Positions 1-10,900 of a stretch of DNA of 64,000 nucleotides are shown piece after piece. Under the pieces are notes generated by a model. The model was given only the letters and a program-made list of their open reading frames with translations, searched no databases and had not been told where the DNA came from. The stretch comes from a virus (Duplodnaviria > Caudoviricetes), in IMG/VR virus record IMGVR_UViG_3300035661_000030, positions 24,799 through 88,798 of that record; one strand, 5' to 3'. The first letter of the stretch is position 1. Every line of letters starts with the position of its first letter. A program made the translations under genes and the position numbers.

Positions 1-885
1 TGTAACGATTTCTTTAAATCATTCACTCCACCTATTGTAAATAGTTCAGAAGAACCTACAGATAAAATTAGGCGTGGCGAGATTTATTCTGATTATGAAA
101 AAGAATATGGCATGAGATATACCCAGTTGCATTTATCTTATGCATTTGAATCTACATTACTTGAAGATGAATTAAAAGATACGAAAGATGATAACGCTGG
201 AGCTAAAAGAGCCGCTACGAAAATTAATAATTTTTTAAATTATGAATTTGCTCAACGCTTTTTTGCTTCTCGTAATTATTCAATTCAGGTTACTCCTGAT
301 GTTGATGTAGTTCCAGGACTTCCTGTGGTTGTATTACATGAGAATCAAGAACATGTAATTTGTTTCTGTACAGGCAAAACAAAATCATGGGATAATAGAG
401 GAAATAAATCAGTTGGACTAAATGTAGGATATCCTCGTTATTATTATGAAGATATTGATAAGTTAGGAAATATAATAGATCCAACAACTCAAGAGGAAAT
501 TTCTTTAAATGAACTAAAAACGCTATTTGGATCAGAACCATTAGTGACGACTGATAATGGTAGTGCAATATTAAATATAAATTCAAAATTATTAAAAGAT
601 ACAATAGATAATTTATACAAAAACTATAATGCTGGTAAGATAGAAATGGATGAATATAAACGTAAAGTTTGTACGTTTAAAGAATTTATGAGCCTTCACG
701 GTCAACAGATTGACTCTATAGTAGACAGCTATTTAGTAGATGAAGATCATTTTGGATCGTCTGCTAATGCAAATGCTTTAAGTTCACATGTATTTTTTGT
801 AAAAGGCATAAAAGAACCGGTTCAATCGAATAAATCTATTATTGAAAAACATTTAGCATGGATTTCTGAGGCACAAAAGATATGA
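1..885 (+). CDS. Baseplate hub/tail protein, C-terminal part (5'-truncated by window edge)
   Basis: Frame is open from base 1 through the track ORF (112-885). The NYEFAQRFFASRNYSIQVTPDVDVVPGLPVVVL segment resembles hub (gp27/late-control-D-like) proteins, and the gene lies upstream of tail genes. Confidence 0.5.
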   Translation, partial: CNDFFKSFTPPIVNSSEEPTDKIRRGEIYSDYEKEYGMRYTQLHLSYAFESTLLEDELKDTKDDNAGAKRAATKINNFLNYEFAQRFFASRNYSIQVTPDVDVVPGLPVVVLHENQEHVICFCTGKTKSWDNRGNKSVGLNVGYPRYYYEDIDKLGNIIDPTTQEEISLNELKTLFGSEPLVTTDNGSAILNINSKLLKDTIDNLYKNYNAGKIEMDEYKRKVCTFKEFMSLHGQQIDSIVDSYLVDEDHFGSSANANALSSHVFFVKGIKEPVQSNKSIIEKHLAWISEAQKI

Positions 886-1232
886 TTACACTTCAAGCTG
901 AAACTAATATTTATAGGGGATATGCTGTATCTTTGTCCCTTATTTCTCAACAGCAGGTAGCTTTAACAGACTGGAACAATTATGAGTCTGTAGCTGCTGT
1001 TGTCGGTATTGCTATGCAAGACGTTAATGGTGGTCAATTTGTTGATATTCAGCAAGATGGAATCTTCGAAAATCCATCATGGACATTTGAATATCTTAAA
1101 CCTGTTTATGTTTTTGCTATGGGAACTTTGACACAAACACTTCCACCTAAAAATGTTATTCAGATTGGTAGAGCTATTTCACCAACGAAATTACTTATTA
1201 GAATTTCAGAATTTGTTCAGGTAAGCATATGA
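882..1232 (+). CDS. Virion structural protein (DUF2190-like beta domain)
   Basis: VVGIA...G.F....W.F...PVY...GTLTQTLP...IGRAIS pattern, paralogous to domains in 1229-2080 and 6323-7480; overlapping stop/start. Confidence 0.55.
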   Translation: MITLQAETNIYRGYAVSLSLISQQQVALTDWNNYESVAAVVGIAMQDVNGGQFVDIQQDGIFENPSWTFEYLKPVYVFAMGTLTQTLPPKNVIQIGRAISPTKLLIRISEFVQVSI

Positions 1233-2080
1233 CATTAGTTGGATATGACTCTATTAATGGAGTCTTTACATTAAGTAATCAAAAAGGCGATCCATCTTAT
1301 TATAGTCGGATTGTAGAAGCAACTTGCTTTGATAATTATCAAGCTAATACCTGTGTTACATTTGTTAATGACAATGCCATTCAAATTAATTCTAAATATA
1401 ATCACAATATAGTTGGTTTAGAAATTCCAACAATTCAAGGTATTCTATTAAAAAATGCTCAACATGGAGATACCGGCCTATTCTGTAACACCCCTGGAAC
1501 CATATATGATACCGATGGTTTATTGCCAGGGGGTTATGGTGATTTATTATATGTTGGTCAAAATGGAATATTAACCAATATAGTACCATCATTAGCTGCT
1601 GGTGATATTTGGTTTATTCAACTTGGGACTAAGATAGAAGATTATAAATTTTTATATGCTCCAACATTAGCTATTAATATTATAGATCATCCAATTCCTA
1701 ATCCTACTCCAGAAGTTATTGGTAATGCAGAAAAAGTAGTATTATCACAAGCTATGTCTAAGTTTACTGCTTTTAGAATAGATAGCACAGGAAAAGCTTT
1801 TAAAGTAACAGCAAATGATGTACAATATCCTATAGTGGATGGGATTACGCTAGAAGCTGGTACTGTCAATCAGCAAGTAAGCGTGGCGAGATTAAAGAAT
1901 TATTATTATGAAACAGGAAATTACTTTGTCACTAGTGATGTGTATTGGTTAGATACTACAGGTTTAATAACAACAGTTCGTCCAACTAATGCTTTATTTC
2001 AAGTAATAATTGGTAGATCTATTCCTAACTCTACGCAATTTATTTTTGATCCACAACCTCCAATTAGACTTGTTCAGTAG
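1229..2080 (+). CDS. Virion structural protein with two DUF2190-like domains
   Basis: Two repeats of the LYVGQNGILT..P / YWLDTTGLIT..P ... IG domain; ends FIFDPQPPI like 6323-7480. Confidence 0.55.
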   Translation: MTLVGYDSINGVFTLSNQKGDPSYYSRIVEATCFDNYQANTCVTFVNDNAIQINSKYNHNIVGLEIPTIQGILLKNAQHGDTGLFCNTPGTIYDTDGLLPGGYGDLLYVGQNGILTNIVPSLAAGDIWFIQLGTKIEDYKFLYAPTLAINIIDHPIPNPTPEVIGNAEKVVLSQAMSKFTAFRIDSTGKAFKVTANDVQYPIVDGITLEAGTVNQQVSVARLKNYYYETGNYFVTSDVYWLDTTGLITTVRPTNALFQVIIGRSIPNSTQFIFDPQPPIRLVQ

Positions 2081-2086
2081 AGAAAC

Positions 2087-2548
2087 ATGAAAAAAGTTTT
2101 AGCATTAGATTCAAATGGATTTCAAGAAGAGGTCAAATTAGAGCCAGCTACAATTGGTGACATTGTTTTAGCTACACCATTAACTAATTTAGTAGCTGGA
2201 TTAGATAAATCAGATTTAACAAGTTTTAATACAATCTTAGAAGCATTTATTAAACTTCAAACTCAAGTTCATTCAAAAGATACTATTCTTAAAGTAGAAT
2301 ATTTAACAGGAACTACGGTCTTATCTGAAGCTCAAAATGCAGCAATTATTGATTCGTTTGCTGACTGTAATATTTTCCTTCCTCCAGGGGTAGATAACCT
2401 GAAATATAGGCTTCGTAATATAGGAACTGGTAAAGTAACCTTTATTCCTAATGGTCTTGATACAATAGAAAAAAGTTCATCTTATGTTTTATTAACAAAT
2501 AACGCTTTTGATTTAATATTTCTTAATGGAAACTGGTTCTTATTTTAA
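2087..2548 (+). CDS. Tail fibre-associated protein
   Basis: Shares the TIL(E/Q)AF.KLQ motif and the C-terminal 'I.PNG.DTI....L......LI.....W' domain with 2560-3948. Confidence 0.55.
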   Translation: MKKVLALDSNGFQEEVKLEPATIGDIVLATPLTNLVAGLDKSDLTSFNTILEAFIKLQTQVHSKDTILKVEYLTGTTVLSEAQNAAIIDSFADCNIFLPPGVDNLKYRLRNIGTGKVTFIPNGLDTIEKSSSYVLLTNNAFDLIFLNGNWFLF

Positions 2549-2559
2549 AAGGATAACCA

Positions 2560-3948
2560 ATGTCACATTTTCTTAATAGTCCAGTATTTACTGGAAACGT
2601 TACAGCCCCAACATTAAATAATTTAACTCTTACTGCGATTGCTACTGGTTTTACGTTAGCTGGCGGTACAACTAGTAAGACTTTAACGGTATCTAATACT
2701 TTGACATTACAGGGTACCGATAATTCTATTCTGAACATCGGTACAGGTGGCACTTTAGGTTCTGCGGCTTATCAAGCCTCTACAGCTTTTGAACCCGCAT
2801 TAGGCAACCCTGGAACTAATGGTTGGGTGTTAAGTTCAACTACTAGTGGAGTAAGAAGCTGGGTTGCTATGACAGCCGGTTTCACTAACCCAATGACTAC
2901 ATTGGGTGATATTATGTATGAAAATGCTACTCCTGCGGCGGCTCGATTAGCTGGTAATACTTCTACAACAATGGCAGTATTAACTCAAACTGGTACAGGT
3001 ACCGCTTCCGCTGCTCCAGTATGGACATTAATAAATAGTAATAATGGTATTTGCGGATTAGATGGAACCGGGAAAGTAGCTCTTGCTCAATTACCTGCCT
3101 CAATAGTTGGCGGGATGAATTATCAAGGTACTTGGAACGCCTCTACAAACTCACCAACATTAGTAAATGGAACAGGAACTAAAGGTTATTACTATAAAGT
3201 TTCGGTAGCTGGTAATACTACAATTGACGGAAATAATAATTGGTCAGTTGGTGATATTATTGCATTCGATGGTACAACTTGGGATAAGATTGAAGGTGGT
3301 TCACCTGATGTTATTTCAGTTAATGGTCAAACTGGTGCTGTTACTGTAGCAGCTGTTGACCAATCTTTTTTCTTAGGTACTACCTCATTAAAGATTAATG
3401 CTAGTTCAGGCACTCAGACAGTATTAGCTGGCATGACCTCAATCACATCAACAACTTTTGTTGGTACATTAAGCGGCAATGCTACAGGATTTACTGGTAA
3501 CTTAACTGGTGATGTTACTTCAACTGGTATGACTACTACATTATCAGCTGCTACGGTAGTTAGTAAAACGTTAACTGGTTTTGCTCTTGGTACAGACTCT
3601 ACCCAATTAGCGGCTACTGATACAATTCTTCAGGCTTTCCAGAAATTACAGTATCAAGGTAACTTAAATCTTCTTCCTACCCAAACAAAATCTGCAACTT
3701 ATAATCCAACATTGGTAACAGATAAATGTATCCTTTGCGATGCTACAAATGGTGCATTTACTATTACTTTATTAGCTGCTCCAGTTACAAATCAGTGTAT
3801 GACTTTTAAGAAAATTGATGCTACTAATAATGCTATTACAATTAATGGTAATGGTAAAAATATTGATGGCGCTGCTTCATTTACACTTACTGCTCAGTGG
3901 AACGCTATTACAATTGTCTATAATGGAACCGCTTGGTACATCATTTAA
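2560..3948 (+). CDS. Tail fibre protein
   Basis: Thr/Gly-rich; YQGTWNASTNSP..GYYYKVSVAG..W.VGD module; SVNGQTGAV motif; ~100-aa block shared with 7942-14223. Confidence 0.75.
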   Translation: MSHFLNSPVFTGNVTAPTLNNLTLTAIATGFTLAGGTTSKTLTVSNTLTLQGTDNSILNIGTGGTLGSAAYQASTAFEPALGNPGTNGWVLSSTTSGVRSWVAMTAGFTNPMTTLGDIMYENATPAAARLAGNTSTTMAVLTQTGTGTASAAPVWTLINSNNGICGLDGTGKVALAQLPASIVGGMNYQGTWNASTNSPTLVNGTGTKGYYYKVSVAGNTTIDGNNNWSVGDIIAFDGTTWDKIEGGSPDVISVNGQTGAVTVAAVDQSFFLGTTSLKINASSGTQTVLAGMTSITSTTFVGTLSGNATGFTGNLTGDVTSTGMTTTLSAATVVSKTLTGFALGTDSTQLAATDTILQAFQKLQYQGNLNLLPTQTKSATYNPTLVTDKCILCDATNGAFTITLLAAPVTNQCMTFKKIDATNNAITINGNGKNIDGAASFTLTAQWNAITIVYNGTAWYII

Positions 3949-3951
3949 TAA

Positions 3952-4413
3952 ATGAGTTATCTTCTAAATAGTCCAACCTTTACTGGACCCGTTACATTAA
4001 GTAACGGTCCCCTTATATTATCATCTAATCAAGGTATTCAAATACCTGATGGTGCTCCAAATGTAACCACTAATAAGATCTATGCTATTGGCGGTTCCCT
4101 TTATTTTAATGGATCGCAATTAGCTGGTGGTGGTGGCTTAACTAAAGGTTCTGGTATATTAGATTTTGGTACTACACCTGGTAAACAATATGTTACATTA
4201 ACAATTACAGGGCAAACTGGAATTAGTAGTGCAACTAGCAAAATCAAAGCTTATTTAATGGCAGTTGCAACAGCAGAACATAATGCAATAGAACATGCTA
4301 TTGTACCAATGAAGATTGTTTGTGGTAATATTGTGGATGGAGTAGGATTCACAATTTATGCTTCTTCAGAATTCACATTAACAGGAACATTTAACGTTTA
4401 TTGGGAGTATTAA
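3952..4413 (+). CDS. Tail-associated structural protein
   Basis: N-terminus MSYLLNSPTFTG parallels MSHFLNSPVFTG of 2560-3948; tightly packed in the tail operon. Confidence 0.5.
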   Translation: MSYLLNSPTFTGPVTLSNGPLILSSNQGIQIPDGAPNVTTNKIYAIGGSLYFNGSQLAGGGGLTKGSGILDFGTTPGKQYVTLTITGQTGISSATSKIKAYLMAVATAEHNAIEHAIVPMKIVCGNIVDGVGFTIYASSEFTLTGTFNVYWEY

Positions 4414-4415
4414 TT

Positions 4416-5891
4416 ATGAGTGGATTTAGAATTGAGGGTGCTACTGGCAATGATGCTAAAGTAGATACACAAGGTAATTTAATGGTAGCTACTTCTTTAG
4501 TGCCAGCTAATATTGGCGCACTTAGAATGTATACCGAAAATGACGCTGGTAATGTAACCGGTACACCATATTTAATGCAACCAGAAACATCGCCTGATTA
4601 TAAATTGCGTGTTGGTTTAGATACTTTGTTATTTAATGATAGTTTTAATACCGCTGCTGGCGTTCAGAATAATAACTTATGGAAAGTTGTTATTGCTTCT
4701 TCAATGTCTGTTGCTTCTGGTGCTGGTGCGCTTCAGTTTAATGCTAACAATACATTAACGTCCGGTGCAGGTGTTGCAGTTTGGTCTTGCCGTTATTTTC
4801 CACTTATTAAAACCGCTCCAACTTATATTGAATTTAGTGGTTATCCAACAGATCAGCCTTTGGTTAATCAAGTTGTAGAATTTGGTTTATTCTTACCTAC
4901 GACTGGCGGTGCAGCTCCGACCGAAGGTGCTTTTTTTAGATATACATCAGCGGGTTTATACGGTGTAACTAACTACAATGGTGTAGAAACTCAAGTATTA
5001 TTACAAGCTACTCAATTAACTGCTAATACTTTAGTATCATTTACTATTGCTTGTAGTGAGAATCAAACTCGTTTTTGGGCTAATGATGTTCTTTTAGGAA
5101 CAATCCAAACTCCAGCCGCTAACGGCACACCTTTTATGACTTATGCATTACCTATTGCTATGCAGTTCAGAAATGCTAATGCAGTAACCGGTTCTCCAGT
5201 TATGCAATGGAAGATGTGTGACGTTAGCGTTAACTTGGCTGACTTCAATACTAATAAACCTTGGTCACATCAAATGTGCGGTATGGGCTTAAATGCCGCA
5301 CAAGGTCAGAATGGTCATTCTTCAATTCTTTCTACTGCTTCAACCGCTGTAACTGCCGCTCCTGCTGCTGCGGCGGCTCTTGTTCAGACATCTGTTACTT
5401 CACAATTCACAGGTTTAGGTGGAATCTTTAGGGTTCTGCCTACTTTAACTGCTGGCACAGAAGGTTTGCTTTGTTCTTATCAAAATCCTGCTGGCTCAAT
5501 CAACCTTACCCCAAGAACGCTTTACATTACAGGTTGTAAGATTTATTCAACAGTTGAAGCTGCTTTAACTGGCGGTCCACTTATTAATGTATTTCAATTA
5601 TTATATGGCCATACTGCCGTTTCAGCCGCAGTAACATCTGATACTACAACTGCTTGGGCAACTGGTTCTGTTAAATGTCCAAGACGTATTCCAATTGGTA
5701 TTGAAGTATATCAGTCTGCTGCTGCTGTTGGCGCAGTTGCTAATACTAATGGTTTATCTCTTGATTTATCACAATCTCCAGTAGTTGTAAACCCAGGTGA
5801 GTTCATTGCAATTGGCCTTAGAAACCAGGGTACAGTTACAACAGCAGGCAATACTCTTTATACGGTTACGTTTACTGGATATTGGGAGTAA
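4416..5891 (+). CDS. Tail-associated beta-sandwich (lectin-like) protein
   Basis: Ala/Thr/Gly-rich, beta-rich ORF in the tail operon. Start moved to ATG 4416, which follows GGGAG. Confidence 0.5.
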   Translation: MSGFRIEGATGNDAKVDTQGNLMVATSLVPANIGALRMYTENDAGNVTGTPYLMQPETSPDYKLRVGLDTLLFNDSFNTAAGVQNNNLWKVVIASSMSVASGAGALQFNANNTLTSGAGVAVWSCRYFPLIKTAPTYIEFSGYPTDQPLVNQVVEFGLFLPTTGGAAPTEGAFFRYTSAGLYGVTNYNGVETQVLLQATQLTANTLVSFTIACSENQTRFWANDVLLGTIQTPAANGTPFMTYALPIAMQFRNANAVTGSPVMQWKMCDVSVNLADFNTNKPWSHQMCGMGLNAAQGQNGHSSILSTASTAVTAAPAAAAALVQTSVTSQFTGLGGIFRVLPTLTAGTEGLLCSYQNPAGSINLTPRTLYITGCKIYSTVEAALTGGPLINVFQLLYGHTAVSAAVTSDTTTAWATGSVKCPRRIPIGIEVYQSAAAVGAVANTNGLSLDLSQSPVVVNPGEFIAIGLRNQGTVTTAGNTLYTVTFTGYWE

Positions 5892-5894
5892 CAA

Positions 5895-6176
5895 ATGGCT
5901 AATCCTGACTGGAATGTAAAACAGTTAACAAGTAGGGATCGTGTTTATGAAATTATTATTGATAATCCATTAAAACAGATTCCTACTTGTAAAATATTGA
6001 AGCAACGTATTATTGTTGACGCTGACGACAATATTCTCTTCCAAACAGAATTAACTCCATGGGGAATAGATATTGAAACTGCTATGATGGATCCAATTCT
6101 TAATCCATTCGTAACTAAAATTATAGAAGGATTAGAAGGTTTAACCCAAGCTCTATATGATAGAGAAACTGTATGA
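5895..6176 (+). CDS. Hypothetical protein (possible fibre chaperone)
   Basis: 93-aa ORF directly after a fibre-like gene; GGGAG upstream. Confidence 0.5.
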   Translation: MANPDWNVKQLTSRDRVYEIIIDNPLKQIPTCKILKQRIIVDADDNILFQTELTPWGIDIETAMMDPILNPFVTKIIEGLEGLTQALYDRETV

Positions 6177-6322
6177 GTTTAATTAAATTGGCTATCCAGG
6201 GTGGCGCACATTCAAATATGCCTAATGCTTGGTATAATTCTAAGAAGCTTGGAACTAAGGGAAATATCCATTTAGCTCAAGGTTTTAATTCTTCACTTCC
6301 ACCTATTCCTAAGCTTTCATAA
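6173..6322 (+). CDS. Small protein beginning MSLIKLA (49 aa, not in ORF track)
   Basis: ATGA overlap with the previous stop; its TAA abuts the next ATG; same N-terminal motif as 25520-25822. Confidence 0.55.
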   Translation: MSLIKLAIQGGAHSNMPNAWYNSKKLGTKGNIHLAQGFNSSLPPIPKLS

Positions 6323-7480
6323 ATGCAGGTAAAACCTCTTTATCGTGATCCAATAACAGGGTATCTCCGTGAGGCTCAGTCCGGGGATACTCTGAATACC
6401 GCTACGCTGGCTGTATTTAATGAATACATAACGTTATTTAACGATGCAACCGAACTTACCTGTTGCGCCATTGTCGATTATACAGCTATACCAATTAATT
6501 CGGTCAACCTCCCAAATAACTTGCTTCGTAATGAACCTAGTGTAGATTGCGTTATTTTACAATCTGGATTAGAAAGTGAAACAGTTTTAGCTGGATTAAC
6601 TCATGGCAAAAAATATCAAACATCTACTAATATTATTTATACTACTTCCGATACTTTGTATCTTGGGCGTGATGGGAAAGTTACTACAACCAAACCATCG
6701 TTAGCCGCTGGTGATCATTGGCTTGTTAAGGTTGGTAGATTAGTTAATCATAATGAATTTATATTTGATCCACAACCTCCAATTGATTTAACCATAAATA
6801 GTGGTGGTTATATAGGTCAAATACCTGATTTAGCTCTTAGTCCTGATACATGGTTATATAATGATGGCACTACTATATCATGGAAAAAAATTAAAGCTTC
6901 TGATATAGCTGCTGATGCTGCAATAACTTCTTTTACTTCTGCTCAAACTTCATTTGAGGTTGGACAACAAATAAATACTCCAGCTTTTATAGCTTCATAT
7001 AATGAAACCGTTGTATCGGCGCGTTTAAGAGATAATCAGAATTTTTCATGGAATATATTAAGTAATTTCACTTCATTTAACTCTACTTATAATTTTAAAT
7101 TAAATACTCCAGGGTCAGTTACATTCACCCTGGAGGCAACATTATCTACAGTTTTACAATCTACTTTAAATTTAAGTTGGTATTATAGAAAATACTATGG
7201 CACTTCAACTAACTTGACTTTAATATCAAATTTAGGTTATAATAACCTATCATCTGGTAAGGCAGGTAGCTTTACCGTAAATGCAAATACTAACGAATAT
7301 ATTTATTACGCAATACCCACTTCTTTTGGAACTCCTATATTTTATGTTGGTGGATTCGAAGGTGGTTTTCATTTAGATAATACAGTTAATTTTGTAAATA
7401 GTTTTGGCATAACTACTAATTATTCTATTTATAAATCTGATAATCATTCTTTAGGTATTACAACTGTAACAGTATTATAA
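6323..7480 (+). CDS. Virion structural protein (DUF2190-like N-part, Ig-like C-part)
   Basis: LYLGRDGKVTTTKPSLAAGDHW..FIFDPQPPI is paralogous to 1229-2080; YYAIP..FG.P.F.VGGFEGGF C-terminus of the kind seen before phage fibre genes. Confidence 0.6.
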   Translation: MQVKPLYRDPITGYLREAQSGDTLNTATLAVFNEYITLFNDATELTCCAIVDYTAIPINSVNLPNNLLRNEPSVDCVILQSGLESETVLAGLTHGKKYQTSTNIIYTTSDTLYLGRDGKVTTTKPSLAAGDHWLVKVGRLVNHNEFIFDPQPPIDLTINSGGYIGQIPDLALSPDTWLYNDGTTISWKKIKASDIAADAAITSFTSAQTSFEVGQQINTPAFIASYNETVVSARLRDNQNFSWNILSNFTSFNSTYNFKLNTPGSVTFTLEATLSTVLQSTLNLSWYYRKYYGTSTNLTLISNLGYNNLSSGKAGSFTVNANTNEYIYYAIPTSFGTPIFYVGGFEGGFHLDNTVNFVNSFGITTNYSIYKSDNHSLGITTVTVL

Positions 7481-7530
7481 TAAGTTTAATTAAATTAGCT
7501 GTTTTAAATATAAAGTTGTTTGGCCACGGT

Positions 7531-7752
7531 ATGAGCATTGTAAAATTAGCTTGGACAGATGATAAAGAATTGAACTCTTCCTATATGCCAGGAACGTTTA
7601 ATAGAGAATCTATTGGAATTTTGCAAAGTCCTGATTCGCCAGATCAAAATATAGAAAGAGAAAATAATGACATCAATAGTAAAAATCGCGGCCTCCCAAA
7701 AGGGCCTATTTTCCCAATTAAGCAAAAAATTTGGAAAAGAAGCTGTTACTGA
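7531..7752 (+). CDS. Small protein beginning MSIVKLA; 3' end may be frameshifted
   Basis: ATG 7531. Overlaps the next ORF by 86 nt; one extra A in GAAAATAATG would restore a TAATG stop/start junction. Confidence 0.4.
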   Translation: MSIVKLAWTDDKELNSSYMPGTFNRESIGILQSPDSPDQNIERENNDINSKNRGLPKGPIFPIKQKIWKRSCY

Positions 7753-7942
7753 AGCTCGTGAATTACAAAATCAAGGTAAAGATTATGGATTGATAAGACA
7801 TATTATCAATCAAAAATATTCGTCTACTGCACCAAAATATGAATATATAATTAGATTTCCTAAGGATTTATCTAGATCTGAAGCAAGAGATTTTCAAAAG
7901 TCTATCCATTTACCATTAGAAAAGTGGAGAAAGAATAAGTAA
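7667..7942 (+). CDS. Small protein beginning MTSIVKIAA
   Basis: 91-aa ORF; TAATG overlap with the fibre gene. Confidence 0.55.
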   Translation: MTSIVKIAASQKGLFSQLSKKFGKEAVTEARELQNQGKDYGLIRHIINQKYSSTAPKYEYIIRFPKDLSRSEARDFQKSIHLPLEKWRKNK

Positions 7943-10900
7943 TGCCAATTCCGCTGATCGCAGAATTAGTTCCTAAAAATGAAGGCAAATTCGCCCTCTT
8001 AGATGATAAAAATCTAAGAGGATCATATCGTATATGTGCTACTTTAGCCGAACGTAATAGTATTCCGGCAGATAATTTAAAGTATGGAATGGTAGTATTT
8101 GTTCAAGAAAATGGTAAAAAATATACTTTAGAATCTGATTTAATTACTTGGACAGAATTAACTTCCGCTTCATCTATTGGTGGTAATGGAATAACTAATC
8201 AAGTTGCATATTGGAGTGCTTCAAACTTTATTAGTGGTATTACCGTAACAAGTGGTTTACTGGCTCATGATAATACGGGACTTCCAGCCGCAGTAATATC
8301 AACCACACCTGGAGCTATTTTAGTGGCTTCTGCTACTAGACCTTTATTTAGTAATTGCACAATCTTACCAAACACTACTGGATTTGCAATTACTGGTGGT
8401 TCAACTACTGCAAAAACTTTAACAGTATCAAATACATTAACTCTTGCTGGTACAGACTCATCAACTCTTAATATTGGTGCTGGTGGAACGCTAGGAACTG
8501 CTGCATTTACAGCCGCAACCGCTTATGAAGCGGCTTTAGGTAATCCAGCAACTTCAGGATATGTTCTTTCATCTACTACAGATGGTGTAAGATCATGGGT
8601 AGCCAATGGATTCCAAAATCCAATGACTACATTAGGTGATTTATTATATGGTGGAACTTCTGGCGTTGCTACTCGCTTAGCTGGTCCTACAGTTAATGGA
8701 ACATATATTCTAGCTGAAGTAGTATCTGCTTCAGTCGCAGTTGCCCCCACTTGGATTAACATAAATACAATTACTGCTGCTGCCGTAACTAATTCACTTA
8801 CTATTAATAATAGTGGTACTGGCGCTGCTTCTGGAACTACATTTAATGGCTCTTCCGCAGTTACTATCTCTTACAATACTATCGGAGCATTACCTAACCT
8901 CTATACTACATTAGGTGATCTTGATTATGCCGGTGCTTCTGGCATTCCAGCTAGATTAGCTGGTCCTACGGTAGCCGGTACTTATATCTTAACTGAAACT
9001 CCTACTGGTTCAGCAGCAGTTGCTCCAGTATGGACAAATGCTAATACTTTAACAGTTGCTAAGACAACTAATTTAGTTGGTGCAGCTTGGGGTATTCCTT
9101 ATCAATCTGCTACTGATACTACATCATTTGTAGCTCAGCCCGGTGCTGCTGGTAGAGTATTCTTATCAGGTGCTAATAATGCTGCTCCAAATTGGTCAGC
9201 AGGAACTTTAACATTACCTGCTTCTGGCTCATTAACTATTCCAGCTTTTGCTGTATCATTCTCTAATGCTTTTGCTACAACAGGCGCATTTTCTACTAGT
9301 TTAACTCAAAGTGCTAACTTAACATTAGCATTGCCTCCTGTGGCAACCGCTAATATGGTTTACAATACCGCTGCCCCTGGAGCTAATAATCAATTAGTTT
9401 ATGCGGCAAATACTTCTAATGCTATTTCTTACATTACTGCTCCAGCGGCTCTTTCAGTATTAACACAATCATCTGATGCTGCTGCTCCAGCATGGACAAC
9501 TGCTACCGGAACAGGTTCACCTGTAATGGGAACAGATCCTACAATTACTCTTAATAGTAGTAATAAATTAATTCTTAATTTTACACCCGCACTTGGCACC
9601 GATGCAGTTAATAAAACATATGTAGATAATATTGCATTAGGTTTAAATGACTGGAAACAAGGAACTGGATTTGTAAAGGTTTCTGGAGGTACTATATCTT
9701 ATGATAATTCTGCCTATCTAACCGGAACAAAGGTAGATTCATTTAATACAAGAACTGGTGCAGTAACTCTAACCTCTTCTGATGTTACTGCCGCCTTAAC
9801 CTATACTCCAATTAATAAGGCTGGTGATACTGGTATTGGTAATTTGAGTATGAGTGCCCTATCAGCTACCACAGGAACATTTAGTAATACTATCACACAA
9901 CAAAACGCATCAAATTGGTCTGCATCACCTGTTTTAACTTCACATAGTCAACTAATAAGTGGCAGTAGTGGGCTAACAAAATTAACTAATATTGCATCTT
10001 ATACAGTTAATAATAATACCGGGACTGGAACCATTAAGATTACTCTTCCTGTATCTTGGACTAATACAATGATACGGATGAGAATTGCTGGTTATGCTTA
10101 TGACGCAAGTGGTGCATATGAAATACATTTAGGTGGATATAACTACAGTACTACTCTTGCGTGGACTAATACAAGTGCTGTGATTCTAGGAGATTGTCCA
10201 TTTACAAGTATTAGATTTGGACATGATGGAACTTATTGCTGTATATTGCTTGGAACTACTTCAACAGTTTTATCTTATCCAAAAATTACTATTGAAGAAG
10301 TAGAACTAGGACATAGTGGAATATCTGCATCATGGGTATCTGGATGGACAATTACACAAATAACATCTGAAACTGGTATAACTATTACTGGCACTCCAAC
10401 CATTAAAACAGCTTTTATAAGTGACGGTGCCCATGCCCTATCCGCTACTTCAGGAACATTTAGTGGTGCCCTATCAGCATCACAATTTAATGGTTCTGGC
10501 GCAGGATTAACAGGAACAGCAAATTCATTATCTATTGGGGGTAATGCTGCTACAGCTAACAACCTCAATAATATAAGAATTACTGCCTCTACGGATCTAA
10601 ATAGTTATACTACCCCTGGGTTTTACTACTGCCCCTTAGATGCAGATGCAGCAACTCTAACTAATTGTCCTTCTGCTAATGCCTTTGGAATGATTGTAGC
10701 TTATGCTTCAGGTGTTACACAGTTTTTATGGTCATATATGACATCATCCGGTAATTATTGGATGAGAAAAAACTACTCTGGAACGTGGGGTTCATGGGTA
10801 AGAATACTTAGGGAAGATGCTCAAACTTATGGAATTAGTATTTCTGGTACAGCCTCTAATGTCTCAGCAGCTAATAATACAATAAATGCTAATTATTATC

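Noticed and set aside
7640-7760. Programmed frameshift between the two small K-x-A ORFs
   Set aside because: No canonical slippery site; a one-base loss in an A-run that disrupted a TAATG junction (mutation or sequencing error) explains it more simply.
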